Of a stretch of 64,000 nucleotides of DNA, positions 45,325 through 55,565 are shown in pieces. The number at the start of each line of letters is the position of its first letter. The first letter of the stretch is position 1. The notes below the pieces were generated by a model. It had not been told where the DNA came from and did not search any database. It was given only the letters and a program-made list of their open reading frames with translations. The DNA comes from Ruminococcus sp. (GTDB lineage: Bacteria > Bacillota > Clostridia > Oscillospirales > Acutalibacteraceae): positions 10,884-74,883 of the forward strand of contig JAZQFT010000010.1 in NCBI GenBank assembly GCA_045539655.1, read 5' to 3'. A program made the translations under genes and the position numbers.

Positions 45325-48300
45325 TTATGAGAATATTTCTTTTAAAGCACTAAGAGGCTGTATCTTTTCTTTATATCTAACGGCGATATATGGTTTTTGG
45401 GTCGCCGAAAGCATAGCTTTGCCTTTGAGCTTTGCTATGAGGGTGCCGACTTCCACTCGTTTGATGGAGTCGATATAAAGCAGAAGGCTGTTGTCGTTTT
45501 GCTTTATTTCATAGATACCCATCTGACTTGCTATGTTTCGAATGAGTGCGATATCGATCAGTCCCATAACTGATTTTGGAATATCACCGTAGCGGTCAAT
45601 CAGCTCGTCGATAACATCGAGCGAGTCTTCCTTTGTTTTTATATCAGCGATGCGCCTGTATGCATCGAGACGCTGTGACAGGTTTTCGATGTAGTTTTCA
45701 GGGATATGAGCCTCGACTGCGATGTCGATAAGACAGTCGTTGTCTTTTGTGTCGACTGATTTTTCGCCTTTTTCTTCTTTGACGGCATCGTTGAGCAGTT
45801 TCAGGTACATATCGTAGCCGACGTCTTCCATATGACCGTGTTGCCTTGAACCCAGAAGGTTTCCGGCACCCCTGAGCTCAAGGTCACGCATAGCTATCTT
45901 GAAGCCGGAGCCGAACTCGGTGAACTCTCTGATAGCGTTGAGTCGTTTTGTGGAGATTTCTGACAGCACCTTTGCACCATTGAAGGTGAAATATGCATAT
46001 GCACGCCTTGGTGAACGACCTACTCGACCACGTATCTGGTGGAGCTGAGAAAGTCCGAAACGGTCAGCATTTTCGATGATGAGAGTGTTGGCGTTAGGCA
46101 AATCAACACCGGTTTCTATGATGGTTGTGCACACCAGCACGTTGACTTCTTGCTCAAGCATTTTCCGCCACACATCGGAGAGCTCGTTTTCGCTCATTTT
46201 TCCGTGACCGACAGCGACGCTCGCTTGGGGAATAGCGGCGGCGATTTTGTTCGCTTTTGCGACGATTGTTTCTGTATTATTGTGGAGATAGAACACCTGA
46301 CCGCCACGGCGAAGCTCTCGTCTGATAGCTTCGTTGATGACAGCGTCGTCGTGCTCGAGCACATAGGTCTGCACGGGCTTTCTGTCAAGTGGAGCTTCTT
46401 CAATGACCGACATATCCCTGATACCACTCATCGCCATATTGAGAGTTCGAGGAATCGGGGTAGCTGAAAGTGTGAGCACGTCGACGTTTTTGCATATCTC
46501 TTTGAAGCGTTCTTTGTGTGCTACACCGAAGCGCTGTTCTTCGTCGATAATGACAAGTCCAAGGTCGTAAAACTCCACGTCTTTTTGTACAAGACGGTGA
46601 GTGCCGATAATCATATCTATTTCGCCACGTTTGAGCTTTTTGATGATAGCTTCCTGTTCTTTTTTTGTTCTGAAACGTGAGAGCAGTTCAACTCGTACAG
46701 GGTAGTTATCAAAACGGTTCAGTACGGTCTGGTAGTGTTGCCACGCAAGTATGGTTGTAGGGCAGAGCAGAGCACACTGCTTTGAATCACACACGCATTT
46801 GAACGCAGCACGCAGAGCGACTTCGGTTTTGCCAAAGCCGACGTCACCGCACAACAGTCGGTCCATCGGAGCTCTTCTTTCCATATCGCCTTTTATTTCA
46901 GAGCAACAGCGTAGCTGGTCTGCAGTTTCGTCGAAATCAAAGCTTGATTCAAAGTCACGTTGCCATTCTGAGTCCGTTGAAAACGCAAAGCCTTGTGCTT
47001 TCATACGTTCACTGTACAGCACGATGAGTTCTTTTGCCATATCTTTCACGGCACTTTTTACTCGAGACTTTGCTTTTTGCCATTCCGAGCCGCCCAGTTT
47101 GTTGAGCTTGACTTTTGTTTCTTCCCTAGGACCGATATATTTTGCGACCAAATCAAGCTGAGTAACAGGGACGTAGAGTATGTCTCCTTTTGCGTACTCA
47201 ATCTTGATGTAGTCTTTGATAACATTTTGTACTTCGATTTTATGAATACCCTTGAACAGACCAATTCCGTGGGTAGAGTGTACTACATAGTCGCCTGCGA
47301 CAAGGTCTGACAGAGAAGATATTTGCTGTGCATTTTTGTGATGTTTGCGACGTTTTACGGCTTTTGAATACACCTGTGCACGTGAGTACAAAATGAAGTT
47401 TTCGCTCACATATTCGATACCTGATGATAGCAGTCCTTCGATTATATAGACAGTGCCTTTTTCGGCTTTTTTAAGGTCGGTTGCAAGTGTAGCGTTATAG
47501 CCCTTTTCAGTGAGTACATCGCACAAGGCTTCGCACGCTTTTTTTGTGCCTGCAAGTACTACCACGGCGTAGTTTTTGTATCCTATTTCGTCGAGGTCTT
47601 CCATAAGGGAAGATGCAGTGCCGTTGAAAAGAGCATTCTGCTTTGCGTTTAAGTGCACAAGCTGTGCGATTTGTGTATCATAGCTACCGTGTGAAAAAGT
47701 ATCCATGTACAGCAGCGGATGCTCACACGCTTTGTTCATACTCTGAGTGTAGTTTAGTGAGAAAGTCTCGAACCCACGACAAAGCACGCCTTCTTCAAAA
47801 AGCGAAGAAAGCTCATTTTTTTTGTGTGCATCGACCTGCTTCATACGTTCTTTGACCGCTTTAGGCTCGCTTATGAAAACGATAGCATCGTCATCGATAT
47901 AGTCAAAAAGTGTAGCAGGATTTTCGTAGATAGTTGTGATGTATTTGTCAATATTTGAAAGGCTCATGTTATCAGAAAGCATATCTGCTTCACGATACAA
48001 AATTTCCTTTGCTTTTGCATTTTTTTCACTCTTTAGGTAAGAGGCTTTTTTTCGTATTTTTTGAACGAGCTCGTCTTTGTCTTTGATGAGCACTTCTGTT
48101 GATGGGGTTAGGAGTATTTCTTCGCAGTAGTCAGTGCGACGCTGGGTCAAAGTATCAAAGTAGTTGATAGTGTCGATTTCGTCACCCCAGAATTCGATAC
48201 GCACGGGTTGCTCGCTGTCGGTGATGAACAAATCAACAATGCCGCCACGCACAGCAAACTGGCCGACACCTTCGACCTGCTCAGTGCGTTCGTAGCCGAG

Positions 48301-48768
48301 TAACAACAGCGATTCGATGAGGTCGTTGATAGCGATAGTGGTGCCTGATTTTATGTTGACAGAAGCTTTTTTGAGCACTTCTTTTGGGATAGTGAACTGG
48401 CAGGCGGCATCAAGACACGCTATGACTACATCGCATTCTTTTCGAAGCAGCTTTGTCAGCACGTTGATGCGCTGGTGCTCGTATTCATGTGATTCTCCAG
48501 CGATATTCATAAAGGTGAAATCTCTGACAGGATAAACGAGAGCATTCAGCCCCATCATAGACAAATCGTTGCACAAAGTCTGGGCTTCCATCTCGTTTTG
48601 TGCAACACAAAAAGCCCTGACATTTTTAAAATGGCAGAGCGCAGAAATCATATTCGCTTTGTGAACACCCGATACACCGGTCAGCGCACAGGGCGTTTTT
48701 TGGCTCAGAGCACTGCTCAGGGTAGAAAAGCCCTTCGTGCTTTTGAGCACATTGTCTAAAAACTTCAT
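45325..48768 (-). CDS. mfd: Transcription-repair coupling factor
   Basis: FAVRGGIVD, GDYVVH, CGDVGFGKTE, IIDEEQRFG, SATPIPRT, QIRGRVGRS, RDLELRGAG. Confidence 0.97.
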   Translation of the reverse strand: MKFLDNVLKSTKGFSTLSSALSQKTPCALTGVSGVHKANMISALCHFKNVRAFCVAQNEMEAQTLCNDLSMMGLNALVYPVRDFTFMNIAGESHEYEHQRINVLTKLLRKECDVVIACLDAACQFTIPKEVLKKASVNIKSGTTIAINDLIESLLLLGYERTEQVEGVGQFAVRGGIVDLFITDSEQPVRIEFWGDEIDTINYFDTLTQRRTDYCEEILLTPSTEVLIKDKDELVQKIRKKASYLKSEKNAKAKEILYREADMLSDNMSLSNIDKYITTIYENPATLFDYIDDDAIVFISEPKAVKERMKQVDAHKKNELSSLFEEGVLCRGFETFSLNYTQSMNKACEHPLLYMDTFSHGSYDTQIAQLVHLNAKQNALFNGTASSLMEDLDEIGYKNYAVVVLAGTKKACEALCDVLTEKGYNATLATDLKKAEKGTVYIIEGLLSSGIEYVSENFILYSRAQVYSKAVKRRKHHKNAQQISSLSDLVAGDYVVHSTHGIGLFKGIHKIEVQNVIKDYIKIEYAKGDILYVPVTQLDLVAKYIGPREETKVKLNKLGGSEWQKAKSRVKSAVKDMAKELIVLYSERMKAQGFAFSTDSEWQRDFESSFDFDETADQLRCCSEIKGDMERRAPMDRLLCGDVGFGKTEVALRAAFKCVCDSKQCALLCPTTILAWQHYQTVLNRFDNYPVRVELLSRFRTKKEQEAIIKKLKRGEIDMIIGTHRLVQKDVEFYDLGLVIIDEEQRFGVAHKERFKEICKNVDVLTLSATPIPRTLNMAMSGIRDMSVIEEAPLDRKPVQTYVLEHDDAVINEAIRRELRRGGQVFYLHNNTETIVAKANKIAAAIPQASVAVGHGKMSENELSDVWRKMLEQEVNVLVCTTIIETGVDLPNANTLIIENADRFGLSQLHQIRGRVGRSPRRAYAYFTFNGAKVLSEISTKRLNAIREFTEFGSGFKIAMRDLELRGAGNLLGSRQHGHMEDVGYDMYLKLLNDAVKEEKGEKSVDTKDNDCLIDIAVEAHIPENYIENLSQRLDAYRRIADIKTKEDSLDVIDELIDRYGDIPKSVMGLIDIALIRNIASQMGIYEIKQNDNSLLLYIDSIKRVEVGTLIAKLKGKAMLSATQKPYIAVRYKEKIQPLSALKEIFS

Positions 48769-48813
48769 AGCAGCATTCCTTTATACTATCTTATGCTGAT
48801 GATCAAGTATATA

Positions 48814-49431
48814 TCAGGAATTGTACAAATTCATCGCTTTGTCAATGTTGTTACAAACGATATATGACACAGCATCTACTATGTTATCAAGTAGTGGAGC
48901 GATGAGCTTTTTGTCAGAATCAGAAAAGCGTGACAGCACCCATTTTTTCAGGTCATAGTCAGGATGAGGCTTTTTGCCGATACCGACCTTGATACGAGGG
49001 AAGTTCTCGCTGCCCGAAAGATAGATGATGTTTTGCATACCTTTCTGGCCACCGTCAGAGCCTTTTCTTCTGATACGCATTTTGCCGACATCGAGCGAGA
49101 TGTCATCAAAAATCACGATGACGTTTTCGCTCGGAATTTTGTAAAAATTCATCGCCTGAGTGACCGCCTGACCTGAAAGATTCATGAAGGTTGATGGTTT
49201 CATCAGAAGGCATCTGTGACCGTTTATCATACAGTCGCCGACAGTTGATTTGAACTTGATTTTATTGATTTTGCAGTCTAGCTTTTCTGCCATATAGTCA
49301 AGCGCAATAAAACCACAGTTGTGACGGGTATTTTCGTACTCTTTGCCGGGATTTCCGAGTCCGACGATGATGTATTCAATCGCACTTGATGTGGCACTTT
49401 TTTTAAAACGTGAGAACATATATCTCTCCAA
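48814..49431 (-). CDS. pth: Peptidyl-tRNA hydrolase
   Basis: IVGLGNPG..Y..TRHN.GF, KP.TFMNLSG, DD. Confidence 0.95.
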   Translation of the reverse strand: MERYMFSRFKKSATSSAIEYIIVGLGNPGKEYENTRHNCGFIALDYMAEKLDCKINKIKFKSTVGDCMINGHRCLLMKPSTFMNLSGQAVTQAMNFYKIPSENVIVIFDDISLDVGKMRIRRKGSDGGQKGMQNIIYLSGSENFPRIKVGIGKKPHPDYDLKKWVLSRFSDSDKKLIAPLLDNIVDAVSYIVCNNIDKAMNLYNS

Positions 49432-49477
49432 AAATTAAGATGAAAAGAGGGCGTCGAATGACACCCTCAGTTAGTGA

Positions 49478-50437
49478 TTAAAGAAACATAGGTGAAACAG
49501 GCTTGTCTTCGTAAATTCTCTCGATAGCCTCAGCAAAAAGTGGAGCAACTGAGAGGATAGTGAATTTATCAAGCATCTTGTCTTCTGGAATCGGAACAGT
49601 GTCAAGGAGGATACACTCTTTGATAGCGCTGTTCTGAATTCTCTCAATAGCAGGACCGGAAAGAACTGCGTGAGAAGCACAAGCATAAACTTCTGTAGCG
49701 CCGCCCTTTTCAACGATAGCGTTAGCAGCGTTGCACAGTGTACCTGCTGTATCAATCATATCATCAACGAGAATAACCTTTTTGCCTTCAACTTCACCGA
49801 TGATGTTCATAACTTCTGAAACGTTAGCACGCTGTCTGCGTTTGTCAACGATAGCGATAGGGCAACCGATTTTTGCAGCGAAGTTACGAGCACGAGTAAC
49901 AGAACCGAGGTCAGGAGATACAACAACGTATTCGTCTGTGTGACCAGCGATCTTGTTCTTCATGTGAGATGCGAGCATAGGAGCACCAACAAGGTGATCA
50001 ACAGGAATGTTGAAGAAGCCCTGAATCTGAGCAGCGTGAAGGTCCATAGTGAGGAGTCTGTCAGCACCTGCAGCAGTAATAAGGTCAGCAACAAGCTTAG
50101 CTGAGATCGGATCTCTTGCTTTTGACTTTCTGTCCTGTCTTGCATAGCCAAAATATGGCATAACAGCTGTGATAGAAGAAGCGGAAGCTCTCTTCATAGC
50201 GTCGATCATAATGAGAAGTTCCATCAGGTTGTCGTTTACAGGTGAGCAAGTTGACTGTACAATAAAGCACTCGCTACCACGTACAGATTCGTGAAGTGAA
50301 ACCGCAATTTCACCGTCAGAGAAAGTAGCACAATCGCTCTTGCCGAGTGGAAGACCGAGGCAACCCGCAATACCCTGAGCAACTTCAACATTAGAGTTCA
50401 GTGTAAAAATCTTGATGTCCTTACCGTGTGAGTTCAT
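49478..50437 (-). CDS. prs: Ribose-phosphate pyrophosphokinase
   Basis: [43 protein letters not shown]. Confidence 0.97.
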   Translation of the reverse strand: MNSHGKDIKIFTLNSNVEVAQGIAGCLGLPLGKSDCATFSDGEIAVSLHESVRGSECFIVQSTCSPVNDNLMELLIMIDAMKRASASSITAVMPYFGYARQDRKSKARDPISAKLVADLITAAGADRLLTMDLHAAQIQGFFNIPVDHLVGAPMLASHMKNKIAGHTDEYVVVSPDLGSVTRARNFAAKIGCPIAIVDKRRQRANVSEVMNIIGEVEGKKVILVDDMIDTAGTLCNAANAIVEKGGATEVYACASHAVLSGPAIERIQNSAIKECILLDTVPIPEDKMLDKFTILSVAPLFAEAIERIYEDKPVSPMFL

Positions 50438-50523
50438 TTTGATTATTCCCCTTTGTCTAGAATGAGTGTGTTGTGATATATAAAAATTTAATTATATCCT
50501 GAAAATTGTGACCGAAAAACGGT

Positions 50524-51270
50524 TTATTTGTAGCCTTTTTCTATAGCTATCTGGTTGAGTTCCTCAAGTTGTGCAGGGTCGTTTGCACCGAGCACTGTGT
50601 CAGGCGAAGAAGCAGTAAAAGCACCCACCGTTTTGCCTTCAGTCAACAAGAGTTTGAGAGCATCAGGAAGATAGTATTCAGCAGCTGCGTTGTCCGCAGT
50701 GATTTTGTCAAGAACCGAAAGAAGGTCTTCAGTGTCAAACCAGTATCCGCCGGAGTTGACCTCTTTTATCTTGAGAGTTTCTTCGTCAGCTTCTTTTTGT
50801 TCAACGATAGCTTTTAAAGAGTTGTCGGCATTTCTGACAATTCTTCCGTAGCCTGTTGAGTCTTCCAGCACTGCTGAAATAACAGTAGCTGAAGCATTCT
50901 CTTTATCGTGCTGAGAAAAAGCATCAGCGATAGTGTCTTTGTCCATAAACGGTGCGTCACCGCAAAGGATAACCACATCGCCTTTGTTTGCTTTGAGAAA
51001 ATCTTTTGCCATCATAACAGCGTGACCTGTACCAAGACGCTGAGCCTGATATACAGTGTCAACCTTGTAAGGAAGAGTCGCAACGTACTCTTCAATACAT
51101 TCTTTTTTGAAGCCTTTTACGACACAGATGTTTTCAACACCCGCAGCTCTTACTGAGTCGATGACCCACTGGAGCATAGGACGTCCCAGCACCTCGCTCA
51201 TCGGCTTGGGCTTGTTAGACTTCATACGTTTTCCTTCGCCGCCGGCAAGGATAATTGCACATTTAGCCAT
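50524..51270 (-). CDS. glmU: N-acetylglucosamine-1-phosphate uridyltransferase (GlmU N-terminal domain only, 248 aa)
   Basis: ILAGGEGKRMKS, Q..RLGTGHAV, CGDAP, GYGRIVR, EVNSG.YWF, EYYLPD. Stops after the linker helix with no hexapeptide LbH domain. glmU-prs-pth-mfd synteny. Confidence 0.85.
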   Translation of the reverse strand: MAKCAIILAGGEGKRMKSNKPKPMSEVLGRPMLQWVIDSVRAAGVENICVVKGFKKECIEEYVATLPYKVDTVYQAQRLGTGHAVMMAKDFLKANKGDVVILCGDAPFMDKDTIADAFSQHDKENASATVISAVLEDSTGYGRIVRNADNSLKAIVEQKEADEETLKIKEVNSGGYWFDTEDLLSVLDKITADNAAAEYYLPDALKLLLTEGKTVGAFTASSPDTVLGANDPAQLEELNQIAIEKGYK

Positions 51271-51441
51271 ACTGACACCTCGCATAATAACAGATACTAG
51301 TATTATCGCATATATTTGTGAAATTTCAAGTTTTATTTGCAAATTAAATGTAAATTAAACATTTTTCACAATATCACCAAAAAAAACTCCTAACTTTTAT
51401 AAGATTTTTTTGAAATATCTATAGAATTTTATCAATAACTT

Positions 51442-51450
51442 TGTTATAAT
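51442..51450 (+). promoter_or_regulatory. Extended -10 promoter of ppdK
   Basis: TGtTATAAT ~95 nt upstream of the AGGAGG-preceded start. Confidence 0.6.
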
Positions 51451-51543
51451 ACCGATAGGCATGTTTAGGTCATAAGAAAAGGTGCTCGGTTTTGCACTTT
51501 GTATGGCGGCCTATTAACAATATTTTTAGGAGGTTGATTCAAG

Positions 51544-54171
51544 ATGAGTCACAAGTTTGTTTACCTCTTCAAAGAGGGCGACGCTACAATGAGAGAGCTT
51601 CTCGGCGGTAAAGGTGCTAACCTTGCTGAGATGACAAAACTCGGTCTTCCTGTACCACAGGGCTTCACAGTTTCTACTGAGGCTTGTACACAGTACTACG
51701 AAGACGGTAGAAAGATCAACGATGACATCAAGGCAGAGATCATGGAAAACATCACAAAGATGGAAGAAATCACCGGTAAAAAGTTCGGCGATAAAGAGAA
51801 CCCACTTCTCGTATCAGTTCGTTCCGGTGCTAGAGCTTCTATGCCTGGTATGATGGATACTATTCTTAACCTCGGTCTCAACGAAGAGGTTGTTGAAACA
51901 ATGGCTACTATGTCAGGTAACCCACGTTGGGCTTATGACTGCTATCGTCGTTTCATCCAGATGTATTCTGACGTAGTTATGGAAGTTGGTAAGAAGTATT
52001 TTGAGCAGCTTATCGACGAAATGAAGGAAGCTAAGGGCGTTACACAGGACGTTGACCTTACAGCTGACGATCTCAAGACACTTGCTGAGCAGTTCAAGGC
52101 TGAGTACAAGAATAAGATCGGCAAAGACTTCCCAACAGATCCAAAAGAACAGCTCATGGGCGCAGTTGAGGCTGTATTCCGTTCATGGGATAACCCAAGA
52201 GCTAACGTATATCGTCGTGACAACGATATCCCTTATTCATGGGGTACTGCTGTCAACGTACAGATGATGGCTTTCGGTAACATGGGTGAAGATTGCGGTA
52301 CAGGTGTTGCATTTACACGTGACCCTGCTACAGGCGAGAAGAAGCTCATGGGTGAGTTCCTTACAAACGCACAGGGCGAAGACGTTGTTGCTGGTGTTAG
52401 AACTCCAATGCCAATCGCTGAAATGGCTGACAAATTCCCAGAGGCTTTCGAGCAGTTCAAGGCTGTATGCTTAAAGCTCGAAGACCACTACAGAGATATG
52501 CAGGATATGGAATTTACTGTTGAGCACGGTAAGCTCTATATGCTCCAGACAAGAAACGGTAAGAGAACAGCTAAGGCAGCTCTCAAAATCGCTTGTGACC
52601 TCGTTGATGAGGGTATGATCGATGAGAAGAAGGCTGTAGCTATGATCGACCCAAGAAACCTCGACACACTCTTACACCCACAGTTCGACGCTAAGGCTTT
52701 GAAAGAGGCTGCTCCAATCGGCAAGGCGCTTCCAGCTTCTCCTGGTGCTGCTTGTGGTAAGATCGTCTTCACTGCTGAAGATGCTAAAGAGTGGGGCGCA
52801 AGAGGCGAGAAGGTTGTTCTCGTTAGACTTGAGACTTCACCTGAAGATATCGAAGGTATGAAGGCTGCTCAGGGTATCCTCACAGTTAGAGGCGGTATGA
52901 CATCTCACGCTGCTGTTGTTGCTCGTGGTATGGGTACATGCTGTGTATCTGGTTGCTCAGAGATCAAGATGGACGAAGACAACAAAGTATTCGAGCTCGC
53001 TGGTAAGCAGTTCCACGAGGGCGACTACCTTTCAATCGATGGTTCAACTGGTAACATCTATGACGGTATCATTCCTACAGTAGATGCTGAAATCGCTGGC
53101 GAGTTCGGCAGAATCATGGAATGGGCTGACAAATACAGAACACTCAAGGTTAGAACAAATGCAGATACTCCTGCTGATGCAAAGAGAGCTAGAGAGCTCG
53201 GGGCTGAGGGTATCGGTCTTTGCCGTACAGAGCATATGTTCTTTGAAGCTGACAGAATCGCAGCATTCAGAGAGATGATCTGTGCTGATACAGTAGAGGG
53301 CAGAGAAGCTGCTCTTGAGAAGATCATGCCATACCAGCAGGGCGACTTTGAGAAGCTTTACGAAGCTCTCGAGGGCAACCCAGTTTGTATCCGTTTCCTT
53401 GACCCACCACTTCACGAGTTCGTTCCTACAGAGGAAGCTGATATCGCAGCTCTCGCTGAAGCTCAGGGCAAGACTGTTGCTGACATCAAGGCTATCATCG
53501 CATCACTTCACGAGTTCAACCCAATGATGGGTCACCGTGGATGCCGTCTTGCTGTAACATATCCAGAAATCGCTAAGATGCAGACAAAGGCTGTTATCCG
53601 TGCTGCTATCAACGTTCAGAAAGCTCACGCTGACTGGAACATCGTTCCTGAGATCATGATCCCACTCACAGGTGAAGTTAAAGAGCTCAAGTACGTTAAG
53701 GATGTTGTAGTTGCTACAGCTGACGCTGAAATCGCAGCTGCTGGTGTAGAGCTCAAGTACGAAGTTGGTACAATGATGGAAATCCCACGTGCTTGTCTCA
53801 CAGCTGATGCTATTGCTAAGGAAGCTGAGTTCTTCTGCTTCGGTACAAACGATCTTACACAGATGACATTCGGCTTCAGCCGTGACGACGCTGGTAAGTT
53901 CTTAGAGGCATACTATGACAGAAAGATCTACGAAAACGATCCATTTGCTAAGCTCGACCAGACAGGTGTTGGTCAGTTGATGAAGATGGCTGTTAAGATG
54001 GGTAAAGAAACTCGCCCAGAGATTCACTGCGGTATCTGCGGTGAGCACGGCGGTGACCCAACTTCAGTAGAATTCTGCCACATCATCGGCCTTGACTATG
54101 TATCATGCTCACCATTCAGAGTTCCAATCGCTAGACTTGCTGCTGCTCAGGCTGCTATCAATAACGGTTGA
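51544..54171 (+). CDS. ppdK: Pyruvate, phosphate dikinase
   Basis: LLGGKGANLAEM, SVRSGA, GMTSHAAVVARG, GLCRTEH, GTNDLTQ, CGEHGG. Confidence 0.98.
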   Translation: MSHKFVYLFKEGDATMRELLGGKGANLAEMTKLGLPVPQGFTVSTEACTQYYEDGRKINDDIKAEIMENITKMEEITGKKFGDKENPLLVSVRSGARASMPGMMDTILNLGLNEEVVETMATMSGNPRWAYDCYRRFIQMYSDVVMEVGKKYFEQLIDEMKEAKGVTQDVDLTADDLKTLAEQFKAEYKNKIGKDFPTDPKEQLMGAVEAVFRSWDNPRANVYRRDNDIPYSWGTAVNVQMMAFGNMGEDCGTGVAFTRDPATGEKKLMGEFLTNAQGEDVVAGVRTPMPIAEMADKFPEAFEQFKAVCLKLEDHYRDMQDMEFTVEHGKLYMLQTRNGKRTAKAALKIACDLVDEGMIDEKKAVAMIDPRNLDTLLHPQFDAKALKEAAPIGKALPASPGAACGKIVFTAEDAKEWGARGEKVVLVRLETSPEDIEGMKAAQGILTVRGGMTSHAAVVARGMGTCCVSGCSEIKMDEDNKVFELAGKQFHEGDYLSIDGSTGNIYDGIIPTVDAEIAGEFGRIMEWADKYRTLKVRTNADTPADAKRARELGAEGIGLCRTEHMFFEADRIAAFREMICADTVEGREAALEKIMPYQQGDFEKLYEALEGNPVCIRFLDPPLHEFVPTEEADIAALAEAQGKTVADIKAIIASLHEFNPMMGHRGCRLAVTYPEIAKMQTKAVIRAAINVQKAHADWNIVPEIMIPLTGEVKELKYVKDVVVATADAEIAAAGVELKYEVGTMMEIPRACLTADAIAKEAEFFCFGTNDLTQMTFGFSRDDAGKFLEAYYDRKIYENDPFAKLDQTGVGQLMKMAVKMGKETRPEIHCGICGEHGGDPTSVEFCHIIGLDYVSCSPFRVPIARLAAAQAAINNG

Positions 54172-54351
54172 TTCTGAGAGTATTCTCACATAGATAATAA
54201 ATAGAAATGTCCCCACTCGATTTTCGGGTGGGGATTTTTTTGCTTACAATTCGGTCATTACTGTCACAAGTTCGTCATAATACTTCCAATAAAGAAATAT
54301 ATATATTATAATTTCATTATTAGAATTATAATTATACTGGGAGATGGTCAC

Positions 54352-55497
54352 GTGCGCTTTATCAAAGGTGCTGTTGCGTTTGTTCTTACTTTTTGTATGC
54401 TGGCAGCGACAGTTGTGTGTGCAGCGGTAGTCAGCGAAGATGTACCTACTGGTGCACCTGTAGCTGAAGCTGAAGTGGGCGCACAGCTCGATGCCCCTAC
54501 CATAGGTGCTCAAGTCGAAATGCCTACGCTTTCGGCTGAAATTGATGATTCTGCCGTGTCAGCTTTTGCTCCTGAAATTGCAGTCGTTGGTGCCAGCGAG
54601 TATTCGCCTCGACTCACTGCTCCTAAAAAATCTAACAAGTATTACTACAGCGACAAAAATATTTTCTATAAAACCGGTTGGGGTATGCCTAACTGCACTT
54701 GTTATGCATACGGAAGAGCGTATGAGATATTGGGCGCTCAGCCTAACCTTTGCATTTACAGTGCGTATCTTTGGTACGACTACAACAAGGACAACGACAT
54801 CTATGCATATGGCCAGAAACCAAAGCTCGGTGCTATTGCGTGTTGGGTGTATAAAGACGGTGTATCAGGTCACGTCGCTGTTGTTGAAAAGATAACAAAA
54901 GATAAGATATACTATTCAAATTCCGCTTGGGGTGGAAACGAATTTTATGTAGATGATTCACCGAAAAATGACCCTAGTGGTGGACGAGATAACTGGATAT
55001 TTCAAGGTTTCATTTATATAGGTGATTACAGCGCGCCTGAGGTGGAAGAGCCTCAGGGCGATGTGTATCGTATCACATCGGACAACGGTGTCAATATGAG
55101 AAAAGGAGCAGGGACAAGCTATTCTATAGTTTCTGCGATTCCTTGTGGCGCCAGCGTCACCGTCACAAAGACTAAAAAAGCCGGCGGATATGTATGGGGA
55201 TACACAAGCTACAACGGCATAGTCGGTTGGTTTGTGACTGATTTTGCACAGCTTGTTTATAGCACAAAAGAAGAGGACAGCAAAATTCCCGAAAGCGATG
55301 AAGCAGCTGAAATTATGGGCGACGCTGACGGCGACGGAAAGCTCTCTGTTTTAGATGCGACATGTTATCAAAGGATACTAGCTGAGCTGGAAGTTCCGAC
55401 ACAATATCAGCTTGCACTTGCTGATGTAGATGGCAACAATGTGTTCAATATCATGGATACAGTGAAAATCAGAAAGATTCTCGCAGAGCTTGAATAA
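54352..55497 (+). CDS. Secreted CHAP peptidoglycan hydrolase + SH3b + dockerin
   Basis: Signal peptide; PNCTCYAYGR (Cys) and GHVAVVE (His); VNMRKGAGTSY SH3b; C-terminal dockerin GDADGDGKLSVLDAT. Confidence 0.88.
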   Translation: MRFIKGAVAFVLTFCMLAATVVCAAVVSEDVPTGAPVAEAEVGAQLDAPTIGAQVEMPTLSAEIDDSAVSAFAPEIAVVGASEYSPRLTAPKKSNKYYYSDKNIFYKTGWGMPNCTCYAYGRAYEILGAQPNLCIYSAYLWYDYNKDNDIYAYGQKPKLGAIACWVYKDGVSGHVAVVEKITKDKIYYSNSAWGGNEFYVDDSPKNDPSGGRDNWIFQGFIYIGDYSAPEVEEPQGDVYRITSDNGVNMRKGAGTSYSIVSAIPCGASVTVTKTKKAGGYVWGYTSYNGIVGWFVTDFAQLVYSTKEEDSKIPESDEAAEIMGDADGDGKLSVLDATCYQRILAELEVPTQYQLALADVDGNNVFNIMDTVKIRKILAELE

Positions 55498-55565
55498 AAT
55501 TGAATGTCATATATACATAAAAAAGCCACAACCTGCTATGGTTGTGGCTTTTGTTTTGTTATTTT

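Noticed and set aside
54352-55497. CHAP-dockerin as the missing endolysin of the particle operon
   Set aside because: It has a Sec signal peptide and dockerin, lies 11 kb away in a different context, and nothing in the sequence links it to the operon.
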